Virus record (IMG/VR): IMGVR_UViG_3300040807_003040
Location: 1-38,963 of that record
From: a virus
Lineage: Duplodnaviria; Caudoviricetes
Length of the DNA stretch: 38,963 nucleotides
Reading direction: 5' to 3' (one strand)
A program made the translations under genes and the position numbers. Below the pieces are notes generated by a model. That model did no database searches. It was not told the origin of the DNA and was given only the letters and a program-made list of their open reading frames with translations. The number at the start of each line of letters is the position of its first letter. Positions within the stretch are counted from its first letter, which is position 1. Shown here piece by piece: positions 26,534 through 35,284 of the stretch.

Positions 26534-28117
26534 CTACCAAGCGAGCCCGGAGAGGGCCGTCCAGTAATCGCTGTGATCCGTGGTGGGCGCGGACTCCAGG
26601 CGGTACCTGAGCGCCTGACACAGCGCGTCCGCCTCGTCGTCCACCTCCCCCCGCATATCGGGCCGATCGCCACGGAGGCGGAGGAGGCGCGCGCGGAGGT
26701 CCAGGCCGTCCGCGTCGTGACCGTAACACCACGAGACCGCGGCGCCGTGGCGGGCCTCGGGTAGCCGGACGCGGCCTAACATCCACAGGCTCAGGGTCCC
26801 CTGGATTTGGTCCCGCTTGGACCCACGGCCGGACGTGGGGACCTCCTCCAACTGGGGGAACATCGATCGGAGAGCGAGGACCGCCACGCGGCCGGACGAC
26901 GCCCCCTCCACGAGGGCGCGCTGTGGCCGGTAGTCCTCCAGGACGGCGCGGAGACGACGGATCACCCCTAGCTCATCCCACTGGCCTCGGTCCTGGTAGA
27001 TCAGATCGTGACACTCCCCGCGGATCGCGATGACCTGGATCGCGGTCCAGTCCCCGGCGCCCTCCGTCTGTGCGGAGTCCATCGAGACCCAGATCTCCGA
27101 GGCGGACGCGCGGACGTGATCGGGGTGGTCCGGGTAGGTGTGAGAGAGGGCCTCCGGGGGGAACAGGCCGCCCACGGCGTCCACGTCCTCACCGTCCAGG
27201 AGGGGCGCGGCCCACCGTCCGAGGATGACCCGCTGAGCGGCTTCCTTGGCCTCCGTCCAGCCGGGGGTCAGGTAGCCCCGGGGGCCGTATCGCCACGGCT
27301 CGGGACCGCGGAGGGGGTAGCTGTGGCGCGCGATCTCCATGGTCAGCCCCGCCGCCTCCACCTCCTCCCGTTTACGGATCCAAAATCCTTTGGAGTCCGT
27401 GGACCCGCGCCGCGTCCCAATATCCCAGATCTCCCCGCCGCGATCCGCCACGCGTCCGAGGGCGGAGGAGAGGAGGAGGTCCTCCACCTGACGCACGTTA
27501 GCCGGTGACTGTGCGTCTCCGATCGTCTTGTAGAGATCGTCCGCGATCACCACGTCTAGGGGGAGACCCTCCAGGCCGCCGCGTCGTCCCGTGGACGCGA
27601 AACGAACCGGGGGCCGATCCGCCACCGGGTGAGGGACGGTCCACCGCGTGGCCGCGTCGGACTGCTCACGCCGCCGCGCCTCGTGTCCCTTTCCTTCCGG
27701 GACGCGGAGGTGGGGCCACGTGGCCACCGCCGCCGGGGACCGCATGAGCCGCCGCATATCCCGCCCCCACTCCCGCGCGAATTCCTCATTGTAGGCGAGG
27801 ACGCCCACGGAGAGCCCGGAGGCTAGGGCCATAGCCGCGGCGCGCTTGACGATCTCACTCTTGCCCGATTGCTGGGGCGCGTCGATCAGGAGGATCCGAA
27901 CGGCGCCCCCGTGGCCCCCGTCCACGAGGCGGGAGATCGACCCCTGGAGGATCCGCCCGATCTGAGCTTGCCAGCCGTGGGGGACCATGGCCCCGCGGAG
28001 AGTATGGGGTCCCTGACGACACCACTCCACGACGTCCGCGCGCGCGCGGGCCGCACGGATCCGCCGCGCCCTCTCCGCCTGGATGGCCTCCCTCAGGATA
28101 TGGTCCGGGATCGACAT
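26534..28117 (-). CDS. terL: Terminase large subunit
   Basis: Walker A APQQSGKS, Walker B VVIADD, coupling IGTR, nuclease SMDSA..DWTA, VEGASSG, SK, DDEADALCQAL. Confidence 0.9.
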   Translation of the reverse strand: MSIPDHILREAIQAERARRIRAARARADVVEWCRQGPHTLRGAMVPHGWQAQIGRILQGSISRLVDGGHGGAVRILLIDAPQQSGKSEIVKRAAAMALASGLSVGVLAYNEEFAREWGRDMRRLMRSPAAVATWPHLRVPEGKGHEARRREQSDAATRWTVPHPVADRPPVRFASTGRRGGLEGLPLDVVIADDLYKTIGDAQSPANVRQVEDLLLSSALGRVADRGGEIWDIGTRRGSTDSKGFWIRKREEVEAAGLTMEIARHSYPLRGPEPWRYGPRGYLTPGWTEAKEAAQRVILGRWAAPLLDGEDVDAVGGLFPPEALSHTYPDHPDHVRASASEIWVSMDSAQTEGAGDWTAIQVIAIRGECHDLIYQDRGQWDELGVIRRLRAVLEDYRPQRALVEGASSGRVAVLALRSMFPQLEEVPTSGRGSKRDQIQGTLSLWMLGRVRLPEARHGAAVSWCYGHDADGLDLRARLLRLRGDRPDMRGEVDDEADALCQALRYRLESAPTTDHSDYWTALSGLAW

Positions 28118-28123
28118 GTGGAC

Positions 28124-28173
28124 ACGTTAGCACGGGCTCACCCTTGACGGGGAGGGTTAGCGTGTGCTAACCA
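28124..28173. promoter_or_regulatory. Divergent promoter region with two GTTAG-N6-CTAAC-type operators
   Basis: GTTAGCACGGGCTCAC 28126-28141; GGTTAGCGTGTGCTAACC 28155-28172; TTGACG 28144-28149 on +; TGcTAACGT on - six nt before the terL ATG. Confidence 0.65.
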
Positions 28174-28191
28174 CGGTCAGGAGGTGAGACC

Positions 28192-29325
28192 ATGACCACA
28201 CGCTCACGCTATGACCTGGACGCGCGCCCCGTGGCGCCCGTTGACGCCCTCGTGACACTCGGACGCAAGGGGGGCAACGGCGCCCCCGTGGGTAAGGATC
28301 GATTCTGGATCGTGTCCCCGGACCTGGAGACGCGGGAATTCAAGGCCCGAGGGGGCCGCACGTATCGCGGAGAGGTCCACCCTCTCCACCCAGCCCTCCA
28401 GGAGTGGCACGATCAAGCGACAGACGAGGAGCGCCGGACGCTCACGTATGAGGTGGAGTCCGCCCGTGTGACGGACGCGATCGAGATCGGACGCGCTAGA
28501 CCCAAGGCCCCGGACGGCCGGGAGACGCCCTCAAAAATCGAATGGTGCCGACAGGTGGAGCGGGGCCGCGCGGCCTCGTGGGACTTCACCGCCGCCCGGT
28601 GGACGCCGCGGGCCTGTGCCGGCGACACGTGCCCGGACGCGCGCGGGTGTAAGCCCCGCCTCCAGGTGATCGCGCGCCTCGTCTGGACGGGGCGGTGGTC
28701 TCACCTCCCCCGCCTCCGTGTCCGCCTCCGGTCCCGTGGGTGGGGCGCGGCTAAGGGTCACATGGGCGTGGTGGACCTCCTGGACTCCACCTGGGCCGGC
28801 TACATGATCGCCGCCTCCGGACGCTATGACCTCCAGGGCCGCCCGTGGCATGAGGTCCAGCGGGACGCCGGCCTCCCGGACTACCTGGCCGCCGGCCTCC
28901 AGATCCGCGCCCACCTCCACGAGGTCACGCGGGACGGAGGCCGCCGCCGCTACTGGGGCCTCAGGGCCTCCACCGTCCAACCCATGGCCGAGTGGTTGGA
29001 GGGACAGAGGCAACGGATCGACCTGGCCCGGGTGATCCGCGGGACCGCGGAGGCCGCGCCCGTGGCCCCGGCCCCGGTACCCGTGCCTGTGGCGCCGTCC
29101 GTGGCCCCTCCCGTGGCGCCACCGCCTCCCGTGGTGGACGCGGTGGACCCCGCCCTCCAGGGCCGCCGTGAGGCCGCGGAGGCGTACCTGAGGAGCCGGG
29201 GGATCGAGGTGGAGGAGGTGGCGGACGTGACCGGGGGCCGCGCGGCCTCGGAGTGGACCGCGGAGGACCTCACCCAGATCCGACTGTGGATCCAAGGCGC
29301 CACGCGTGGCGGGGGTGAGGAGTGA
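28192..29325 (+). CDS. Gp3-like (recombination directionality factor-like) recombination protein
   Basis: LGRKG..G.P...DRF, WC...CAGDTCP...CKPRL cysteine pattern recalled for this family; Pro-rich linker and small C-terminal helical domain; AGGAGG SD. Confidence 0.55.
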   Translation: MTTRSRYDLDARPVAPVDALVTLGRKGGNGAPVGKDRFWIVSPDLETREFKARGGRTYRGEVHPLHPALQEWHDQATDEERRTLTYEVESARVTDAIEIGRARPKAPDGRETPSKIEWCRQVERGRAASWDFTAARWTPRACAGDTCPDARGCKPRLQVIARLVWTGRWSHLPRLRVRLRSRGWGAAKGHMGVVDLLDSTWAGYMIAASGRYDLQGRPWHEVQRDAGLPDYLAAGLQIRAHLHEVTRDGGRRRYWGLRASTVQPMAEWLEGQRQRIDLARVIRGTAEAAPVAPAPVPVPVAPSVAPPVAPPPPVVDAVDPALQGRREAAEAYLRSRGIEVEEVADVTGGRAASEWTAEDLTQIRLWIQGATRGGGEE

Positions 29326-29753
29326 CCGCGCCGGCCCTCCTCGTGGACGTGGCCGCCGTGATCGAGTCTCACGAGGCCACCCGGATTCCCCTCGGAGTCG
29401 TGGACGTCTCCCTCCGCGCCCTGGACCGCCTCCGGGCCGCGGGCCTCCTCCGCCTGGAGGGCGGAGAGGTGGGCCTAACGCCGCGGGGGTGGCGCGCCGT
29501 CGTGGAGTCCACGAGGCCGATCGGACCCCTGGAGGCATACGTCCAGCGGCGCCCGGACGTCCAGGGCGTGGGCCTCCGCGTGGCCCGGGCCGTGGATGCA
29601 CTCGGGACAGGGTGGCACGCCACCGCCACGATCCAGGCGCGCGCCGGGGTCTCGGACAAGTCGGCCCGGGACTGGCTCAGGCGCCTCGTGGAGGCGGGGA
29701 TGATTGACCGGAGAGACGGACGCCACGGGGCGTCCACCTGGAGGAGACGATGA
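29322..29753 (+). CDS. Protein with tandem winged-HTH-like segments
   Basis: ALDRLRAAGLL..LTPRG and ATIQARAGVSDKSARDWLRRLVEAGMI. Confidence 0.6.
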   Translation: MTAPALLVDVAAVIESHEATRIPLGVVDVSLRALDRLRAAGLLRLEGGEVGLTPRGWRAVVESTRPIGPLEAYVQRRPDVQGVGLRVARAVDALGTGWHATATIQARAGVSDKSARDWLRRLVEAGMIDRRDGRHGASTWRRR

Positions 29754-31081
29754 CACAGCACCAACTAGGACGCCACCTGGTCCACGCCGGGGACAACTTG
29801 GAGCTACTCCGGGGCCTCCCGGACAATTCCGTGGACGCCGTGGTGACGGATCCGCCCTATGGCCTCGGACGCCACCCGGACGCGGTGGCCATGCTCCGGG
29901 ACTGGCTGGACACGGGATACCACGAGGTCAAGGGGGCCGGGTTCATGGGACGCGCGTGGGATGCTTTCGTCCCCCAGCCGGTCCTATGGCGTGAGGTGGC
30001 CCGGGTCCTCAAGCCCGGCGGCCACCTCGTGGCTTTTTTCGGCACGCGGACGTATGACGTGGGGACACTCGCGATCCGTCTGGCCGGCCTGGAGGTCCGG
30101 GACGCCCTGGCCTGGGTGTACGGATCCGGGTTCCCGAAATCTCATAACGTCGCGATCGCCCTGGATAAACAGGCGGGGGCCATGGGACACCGGGGCAAGG
30201 CCCACCACGCCTACGCGATCGGGGACGATTTCGAGGGCCGGGACCTCGTGGCGCCCAACTCTCACACGCCGGACCACGTACCGATCACGGACGCCGCGCG
30301 ACAGTGGGACGGGTGGGGGACGGCCCTCAAGCCAGCACTGGAGCCGATCGCCCTGTGTCGCCTCCCGCCCTCGGAGTCCTCGATCGCCCGGAACGTCCTG
30401 AGGTGGGGGACGGGGGGGATCAATGTCCGAGGCTGTGAGGTCCCCGCGGGACCGGGCCACGACGCGCGGAGGCCGTCCGCGGGTGGAGACAATGGACTGG
30501 GTGGATCGTCCACATTCAAGATCCGGGAGCGCCGCGTGGAGGACCAACCACGACGCGCGGGACGGTGGCCCGCCAACCTCCTCCACGACGGGAGCCCGGA
30601 GGCCGTGGCGGGGATGCCTGAGACGGGGGCGGGGCGCGCGTCTATGCGGGGCGAATTGCATGGTTCGATCTATGGTGGAGGGAAGGGACCAAGCGGCCCT
30701 GACTCTATGCGAGGCCACGATGACAACGGAGGATCCGCCGCGCGCTACTTCTACTCCGCCAAGACGTCCCCGGCGGAGAGGGCCGGGTCCAAACATCCGA
30801 CGATAAAGCCTCTATCTCTGATGAGATACCTAGTCCGCCTCGTGACCCCACCGGGGGGCGTCGTCCTCGATCCGTACCTCGGGAGCGGGACGACCCTCCT
30901 AGCCGCGGAGGCGGAGGGGGTCACGTGCTACGGGGCGGAGGCTGAACACCTGGAGGACATCCGTCTCAGGTGGGACCACCGCCACGAGATCCGCCGCGCG
31001 TCCGAGGGCGTCCAGGAGGCCGGCGGGGGACGTGACGAACACGACGCACAGGGGGAGCTATTCCCGGGGGTGGCGCCGTGA
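29750..31081 (+). CDS. DNA N6-adenine/N4-cytosine methyltransferase (beta class)
   Basis: VVTDPPY, RVLKPGG, WVYGSGFPKS, HPTIKP, VLDPYLGSGTT. Confidence 0.93.
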   Translation: MTQHQLGRHLVHAGDNLELLRGLPDNSVDAVVTDPPYGLGRHPDAVAMLRDWLDTGYHEVKGAGFMGRAWDAFVPQPVLWREVARVLKPGGHLVAFFGTRTYDVGTLAIRLAGLEVRDALAWVYGSGFPKSHNVAIALDKQAGAMGHRGKAHHAYAIGDDFEGRDLVAPNSHTPDHVPITDAARQWDGWGTALKPALEPIALCRLPPSESSIARNVLRWGTGGINVRGCEVPAGPGHDARRPSAGGDNGLGGSSTFKIRERRVEDQPRRAGRWPANLLHDGSPEAVAGMPETGAGRASMRGELHGSIYGGGKGPSGPDSMRGHDDNGGSAARYFYSAKTSPAERAGSKHPTIKPLSLMRYLVRLVTPPGGVVLDPYLGSGTTLLAAEAEGVTCYGAEAEHLEDIRLRWDHRHEIRRASEGVQEAGGGRDEHDAQGELFPGVAP

Positions 31082-32064
31082 CCGCCGCCGCCACCACACA
31101 CAAGGGAGGTTTACGTGAGTTGGCACTATTTGCAGGAGCAGGAGGAGGTATCCTGGGAGGGCGGCTGCTTGGATGGCGCACCGTGTGCGCTGTTGAGTTT
31201 GATTCCTACGCGCGATCCGTCCTCCTCGCGAGACAGCGGGACGGACACCTGGACCGGTTCCCAGTCTGGGATGACGTCCGGACGTTCGATGGCCACCCGT
31301 GGCGCGGGCATGTTGACGTTATCTCCGGCGGGTTCCCATGCCAAGACATCAGCGCCGCCGGAAAGGGCGCTGGCATTGAAGGCGCGCGATCCGGCCTGTG
31401 GGGACACATGGCGCGGATCGTTCGTGAGGTACGACCACGATTCGTCCTCGTGGAGAACTCACCAATTCTCACTTCTCGGGGGCTTGGAGTCGTACTCGGA
31501 GACCTGGCCGCGCTGGGGTATGATGCGCGGTGGGGCGTGCTGGGAGCTCACCACGTGGGCGCCCCCCACAAGCGGGATCGGATCTGGATCGTCGCCACCT
31601 GCCGCAAGATGGCAAACACCGACCACGGCGGCAGCAAGATCGGGACCCGCGGGCCTCAGGAATTCGGACGGCTTCCCCATGCTATCGGGACAGGTGGCCG
31701 CTTTAGAGGCGAGTGGTGGGACTGTGACCCAGCGGTGGCCGACACCAAACGCAAGAGATTGGAAAGACAGCGGCCCGACACAGGGGGCACGCAAGAGTCC
31801 GAATTTGGGAGTGATGGTTCACTGGCCGACACCGCGCGAACAAATGGCCAGGAGAGCCCAACACCACACGGAGTCCAGAGGACGCTCCAACCTGGAGGAG
31901 GAGGTGGGGGCGAGTGTGCCGGGAGGGGGACGTCTCAATCCCTCGTGGGTCGCGTGGCTCATGGGGTGGCCGATCGGGTGGACCGCCTCCGAGCCCTTGG
32001 GAATGGACAGGTTCCAGCGGTGGTTGCGCTTGCATGGACGATCCTGAGCGGGGGTGACCCATGA
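31078..32064 (+). CDS. DNA C5-cytosine methyltransferase, alpha polypeptide
   Basis: Motifs I FAGAGG, IV GFPCQ, VI ENS, VIII HKRDRIW, X LGNGQ; motif IX absent in this frame. Confidence 0.92.
   Translation: MTAAATTHKGGLRELALFAGAGGGILGGRLLGWRTVCAVEFDSYARSVLLARQRDGHLDRFPVWDDVRTFDGHPWRGHVDVISGGFPCQDISAAGKGAGIEGARSGLWGHMARIVREVRPRFVLVENSPILTSRGLGVVLGDLAALGYDARWGVLGAHHVGAPHKRDRIWIVATCRKMANTDHGGSKIGTRGPQEFGRLPHAIGTGGRFRGEWWDCDPAVADTKRKRLERQRPDTGGTQESEFGSDGSLADTARTNGQESPTPHGVQRTLQPGGGGGGECAGRGTSQSLVGRVAHGVADRVDRLRALGNGQVPAVVALAWTILSGGDP
31115..32047 (+). CDS. C5 methyltransferase beta polypeptide in overlapping +1 frame
   Basis: 310-codon open frame, AAGGGAGGT SD, three W-x-T-P repeats, motif IX-like RLNPSWVAWLMGWPIGWT. 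Confidence 0.75.
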   Translation: MSWHYLQEQEEVSWEGGCLDGAPCALLSLIPTRDPSSSRDSGTDTWTGSQSGMTSGRSMATRGAGMLTLSPAGSHAKTSAPPERALALKARDPACGDTWRGSFVRYDHDSSSWRTHQFSLLGGLESYSETWPRWGMMRGGACWELTTWAPPTSGIGSGSSPPAARWQTPTTAAARSGPAGLRNSDGFPMLSGQVAALEASGGTVTQRWPTPNARDWKDSGPTQGARKSPNLGVMVHWPTPREQMARRAQHHTESRGRSNLEEEVGASVPGGGRLNPSWVAWLMGWPIGWTASEPLGMDRFQRWLRLHGRS

Positions 32065-33839
32065 CCACCGCCGCCACGCCGGACCTGTGGAGCGGGTCAC
32101 AGTGGCCCCCGCGGAGGTGTCAGGACGAGGGGGTCCGGGCCGCCCTGGCTCACGCCGGATCGCCACTGATCGACAGTTGCACGGGCTCTGGAAAGTCCAT
32201 GATGATCTCCGAGCTTGCATGGTACCACCGGGAGACCATGCAACCGCGGGACGTGGTGATCGTGATGACCTCCCGCCAAGACCTCGTGAGGTCCCTCTCA
32301 GAGTCCGCGCGCCACCGTCTCGGGGAGGACGTGGGGGTCTGGTACGGCCGGCGGAAACAGTGGGGCCGGGTGGTCTTTAGCTGCTACCAGTCCCTCCCGG
32401 CCGTGGCGGACGAGGTGGCCGCCCACGGGTACCGCGTGGCCCTCCTCATATGTGACGAGGCCCACCGGCTCACGACGCCGGCCCGGTGGGGGGAGGTCCA
32501 GCGGCTAGACCCGATCAAGCGGATCGCCCTCACGGCCACCGCCTACACGGGACAGGGGGAGCCGATCCCGGGGTGGTCGATCTGCTACAGCTACCGCGTG
32601 ATCGACGCGATCCGGGATGGTGTCTTAGTCCGCCCTGAGCCCCGCCCGTGGACCGGCGCGGACGGGGAGGGAATCAACACGGCCGCCCTGGACATGATCC
32701 TCCGGGACGCGCCCCCCGGGCCGGGGGTGGTCTCCGCGGACTCGATCACGGACGCCACCTGGTACGCCCAGATCCTCACCGCCCACGGGGTCCCGGCCCT
32801 GGACTACCACAGCAAGATCACCCCCCGGGAGAGACGGCGCCGCCTGGACGCCCTGGCCGCCGGGGAGATCCGCGCCCTAGTCCACCCGCGGATCATGACG
32901 GAGGGCGTAGACGTCCCGTGTCTCCGGTGGCTGTGTCTCCGCGTCCGGAGGAACCTCCGGGATCTAGTCCAGGAGGTGGGCCGGGGGATCCGGTCCCTCT
33001 CCGAGCCGGACGCGTGGGGGACCAAGGATCGCTGTGTGGTCCTGGACCCGCGCCACCAACTCCCCCACGTGGAGCGGATCGACCCGGACGGCCGGACGGT
33101 TCACGAGGGCCACGACGTGGACGCGATCCTCCGCGCCCTGGAGGGCCACGAGGAGGAGGAGGAGGACACGGAGACCCCGGCGGAGAGGAAAGAACGGGAG
33201 GCCCTGGAGAGGGCGGAGGACACAGTGAGGCGCGTCTCAGACGTGTCCGCGTGGTGTACGATCGCCCGGGACCGGCTCGCGATCGTGGGTTGGATACCGC
33301 CCGGGGAGGTGACGGGGTGGGGCGATCGGTGGCTTCTACGGGAGCCCACGGCGCGCCAACGGGAGGCCCTGGACAAGCGGCGCCGGACGCTGCGGTGGTT
33401 CCCCCCGGAGTACCGGGACGCGATCCGCGTGGCCCTGGACCACCCGGACCACCTCACCCGGGGAGGCGCCCGCGATCTCCTCTCGGTCCTGATCGCCGTC
33501 TCCAGGCGCGCGGGGATGCACGCCTCCGGGGGAGGGGATCCGGCCCTCGGAGTGGCCAACGATCTCACCCGCCGCCACGGGTGGACGGCCACCCGCCGGG
33601 ACATCCTGGAGACCCTCGGGAGGGGGTGGGACATCACGCCCCGGGACCTGGCCGACACGTGGCTGAGCCGGGGCTGGATACGCGCGGAGGACCTCGGATC
33701 GGGGCGGGTGACCTTCACCGCCGCCGCCCTGGAGGCCGTCCAGGCGCGGAGGGCCGCCGGCCCGCGCGTCCTCTGGACGTGGACGTGGCCGCCTGAGGTG
33801 GAGCTACCGCCGCCGCCCGGGGACGACGGGGAGGAGTGA
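32061..33839 (+). CDS. SF2 DEAH-box helicase
   Basis: TGSGKS, CDEAH, TAT, TEGVDVP, QEVGRGIR. Confidence 0.92.
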   Translation: MTTAATPDLWSGSQWPPRRCQDEGVRAALAHAGSPLIDSCTGSGKSMMISELAWYHRETMQPRDVVIVMTSRQDLVRSLSESARHRLGEDVGVWYGRRKQWGRVVFSCYQSLPAVADEVAAHGYRVALLICDEAHRLTTPARWGEVQRLDPIKRIALTATAYTGQGEPIPGWSICYSYRVIDAIRDGVLVRPEPRPWTGADGEGINTAALDMILRDAPPGPGVVSADSITDATWYAQILTAHGVPALDYHSKITPRERRRRLDALAAGEIRALVHPRIMTEGVDVPCLRWLCLRVRRNLRDLVQEVGRGIRSLSEPDAWGTKDRCVVLDPRHQLPHVERIDPDGRTVHEGHDVDAILRALEGHEEEEEDTETPAERKEREALERAEDTVRRVSDVSAWCTIARDRLAIVGWIPPGEVTGWGDRWLLREPTARQREALDKRRRTLRWFPPEYRDAIRVALDHPDHLTRGGARDLLSVLIAVSRRAGMHASGGGDPALGVANDLTRRHGWTATRRDILETLGRGWDITPRDLADTWLSRGWIRAEDLGSGRVTFTAAALEAVQARRAAGPRVLWTWTWPPEVELPPPPGDDGEE

Positions 33840-33973
33840 GGATCCCGTGGTGGTGGGGATCCTTGGATTTTTTTCGCCTAAATGTGGCCGGTATTGTTGC
33901 GCGTTAGAAACCAGCACCTTAAAGGTATTGTGTCGGGGGGAGAGACCAACCCGCCGAAAGGAGAGACGACATG
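33838..33973 (+). repeat. Cassette regulatory repeat copy 4 with terminator-like hairpin
   Basis: GAGGATCCC/GGGATCCTT stem, T7, TATTGTTGCGCGTTA, GACCAA-loop hairpin, AAGGAGAGACGACATG. Confidence 0.8.
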
Positions 33974-34141
33974 ACCAACACGACCGGAAACGAAGCGCGC
34001 GAGACCGCAACGATGGCCCGTATGATGCGAGAACTACAATCGGACTTGGCAGACTTGGTGGCCTCTGGAGACCTGACCCCAGAGCAAGCTAACGAGTGGG
34101 CAAATATGAAGGCCGACCAGTGGGCTCAGGGTCTCTCGTGA
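33971..34141 (+). CDS. Small helical protein (56 aa), cassette gene
   Basis: Not in ORF track; MTNTTGNEARETATMARMMRELQSDLADLVASGDLTPEQANEWANMKADQWAQGLS; SD from repeat. Confidence 0.7.
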   Translation: MTNTTGNEARETATMARMMRELQSDLADLVASGDLTPEQANEWANMKADQWAQGLS

Positions 34142-34347
34142 GAGTCCACGACGCCGACACCGCGCGCGAGTTTCTCCGCGCGTGGGGAAACCGGATCCCG
34201 CGGGGGATCCTGTTGTCCGCCCTAGAAGGGATCACCCTGTGCGCCTCCGTGTCCATGGAGGACAGGTGGAGCGACAAGGAACGGAAGGGATACCACGACG
34301 CGCGATCGGTCCTGTGGGACGCGGCGCGGGTCCGTGGCTGGACCTGA
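34138..34347 (+). CDS. Hypothetical protein (69 aa)
   Basis: GTGA overlap with the preceding gene. Confidence 0.6.
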   Translation: MRVHDADTAREFLRAWGNRIPRGILLSALEGITLCASVSMEDRWSDKERKGYHDARSVLWDAARVRGWT

Positions 34348-34350
34348 CAC

Positions 34351-34394
34351 GACCACCGGCCCCCGCGGGGGCCACACAGAGGAGAGAGACCATG
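34351..34394 (+). repeat. Short spacer element: ACCA-GGCCCC hairpin-RBS (copy a)
   Basis: GACCACC GGCCCCC GCG GGGGCC ACACAGAGGAGAGAGACCATG; related copies at 38155 and 38675. Confidence 0.75.
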
Positions 34395-34601
34395 ACCGAG
34401 ACCAAGACCAAGCCGCGCCGATTGTCCATGACCGCCCAAGTACGCCGCGAATTCGCCGCGGAGAACCTCCAGACCGTCCAGGCGGAGATCGCGGCCCTGG
34501 CCGCGGACGTGGAGACCTGGACTCAGGCGGACATGTTCCGCCTGTGCCACCGGCTGAGGGCCGCCGCGGACGCGTGCCTCGTGGCCGGACACACGTCGTG
34601 A
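34392..34601 (+). CDS. Hypothetical protein (69 aa)
   Basis: GAGGAG SD; MTETKTKPRR... Confidence 0.65.
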   Translation: MTETKTKPRRLSMTAQVRREFAAENLQTVQAEIAALAADVETWTQADMFRLCHRLRAAADACLVAGHTS

Positions 34602-35284
34602 GAGACGGCCTAGACCGCCTCCGAGCCCTCACCCCGGCGGAGGCCCTACGCCGCGCCGGGGCGGCGGAGAGGGGGCGGGGACGGTGGGGGCCGTGTCCAG
34701 CCTGTGGGGACGATCGGAGGCGGGGCGCGGTCCTCGTCTCCGCGCGTGCCTGGACGTGTCAGGTATGCCACGCCTCCGGGGACGCGATCGCCACCGCGGC
34801 GATCCTGGCCACGGGGGACCGCCGCGCGCGGGGGGACTGGGGCGCCGTGGTCACGTGGGCGGAGACGCACGGGTGGATCACGGACGACGGGATCGCCGTG
34901 CCGCCGCCGCCGCCGGTGGAGACGGTCCACGGGACCCTCCCGGACTACCCGGAGGAGGTGGCCACGGAGTCCACGGCGTGGCGCCGCCACCTCCGGGACA
35001 CGGACGCGCCTGTGGTGGCCGCTGTGGCCTCTCACGCGGTGGCCGCCGGCTACCCGGACGCGGAGGCCGTCCACGAGGCCCGGAGCTACCACGAGGCCCG
35101 GGAGGCATCCGTGGCGCGCGATCGCGCGGAGGCGTCCAGGCTGGCACGGAGCGCGCGGGCCTGGAGGGCCGCCGGGGTGGAGGAGGTGGCCCGGGTCCTG
35201 GCCGCCACGGCCTGGAGGCTGTGGATTCGATCGGCCACGAGGTCCGAGAGTAGACAGCGCCCCCGCCGCGCGTGGTATCGGTAG
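34598..35284 (+). CDS. Primase-type zinc-finger (CHC2-like) protein without visible catalytic domain
   Basis: WGPCPAC...WTCQVCHASGDAI; upstream of DUF927 helicase. Confidence 0.7.
   Translation: MRDGLDRLRALTPAEALRRAGAAERGRGRWGPCPACGDDRRRGAVLVSARAWTCQVCHASGDAIATAAILATGDRRARGDWGAVVTWAETHGWITDDGIAVPPPPPVETVHGTLPDYPEEVATESTAWRRHLRDTDAPVVAAVASHAVAAGYPDAEAVHEARSYHEAREASVARDRAEASRLARSARAWRAAGVEEVARVLAATAWRLWIRSATRSESRQRPRRAWYR

Noticed and set aside
26516-28141. terL as an invertible segment bounded by inverted repeats
   Set aside because: Flanking similarity is limited to degenerate 5-bp palindromic arms with different spacers, and no invertase is encoded; operator sites explain it better.
32648-33796. 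Long alternative-frame and antisense ORFs (e.g. 32648-33796, 28531-29601, 37648-38895, 3844-4734)
   Set aside because: Arg/Pro/Gly-rich shadows expected at this GC, with no motifs or SD; unlike 31115-32047, which has both.
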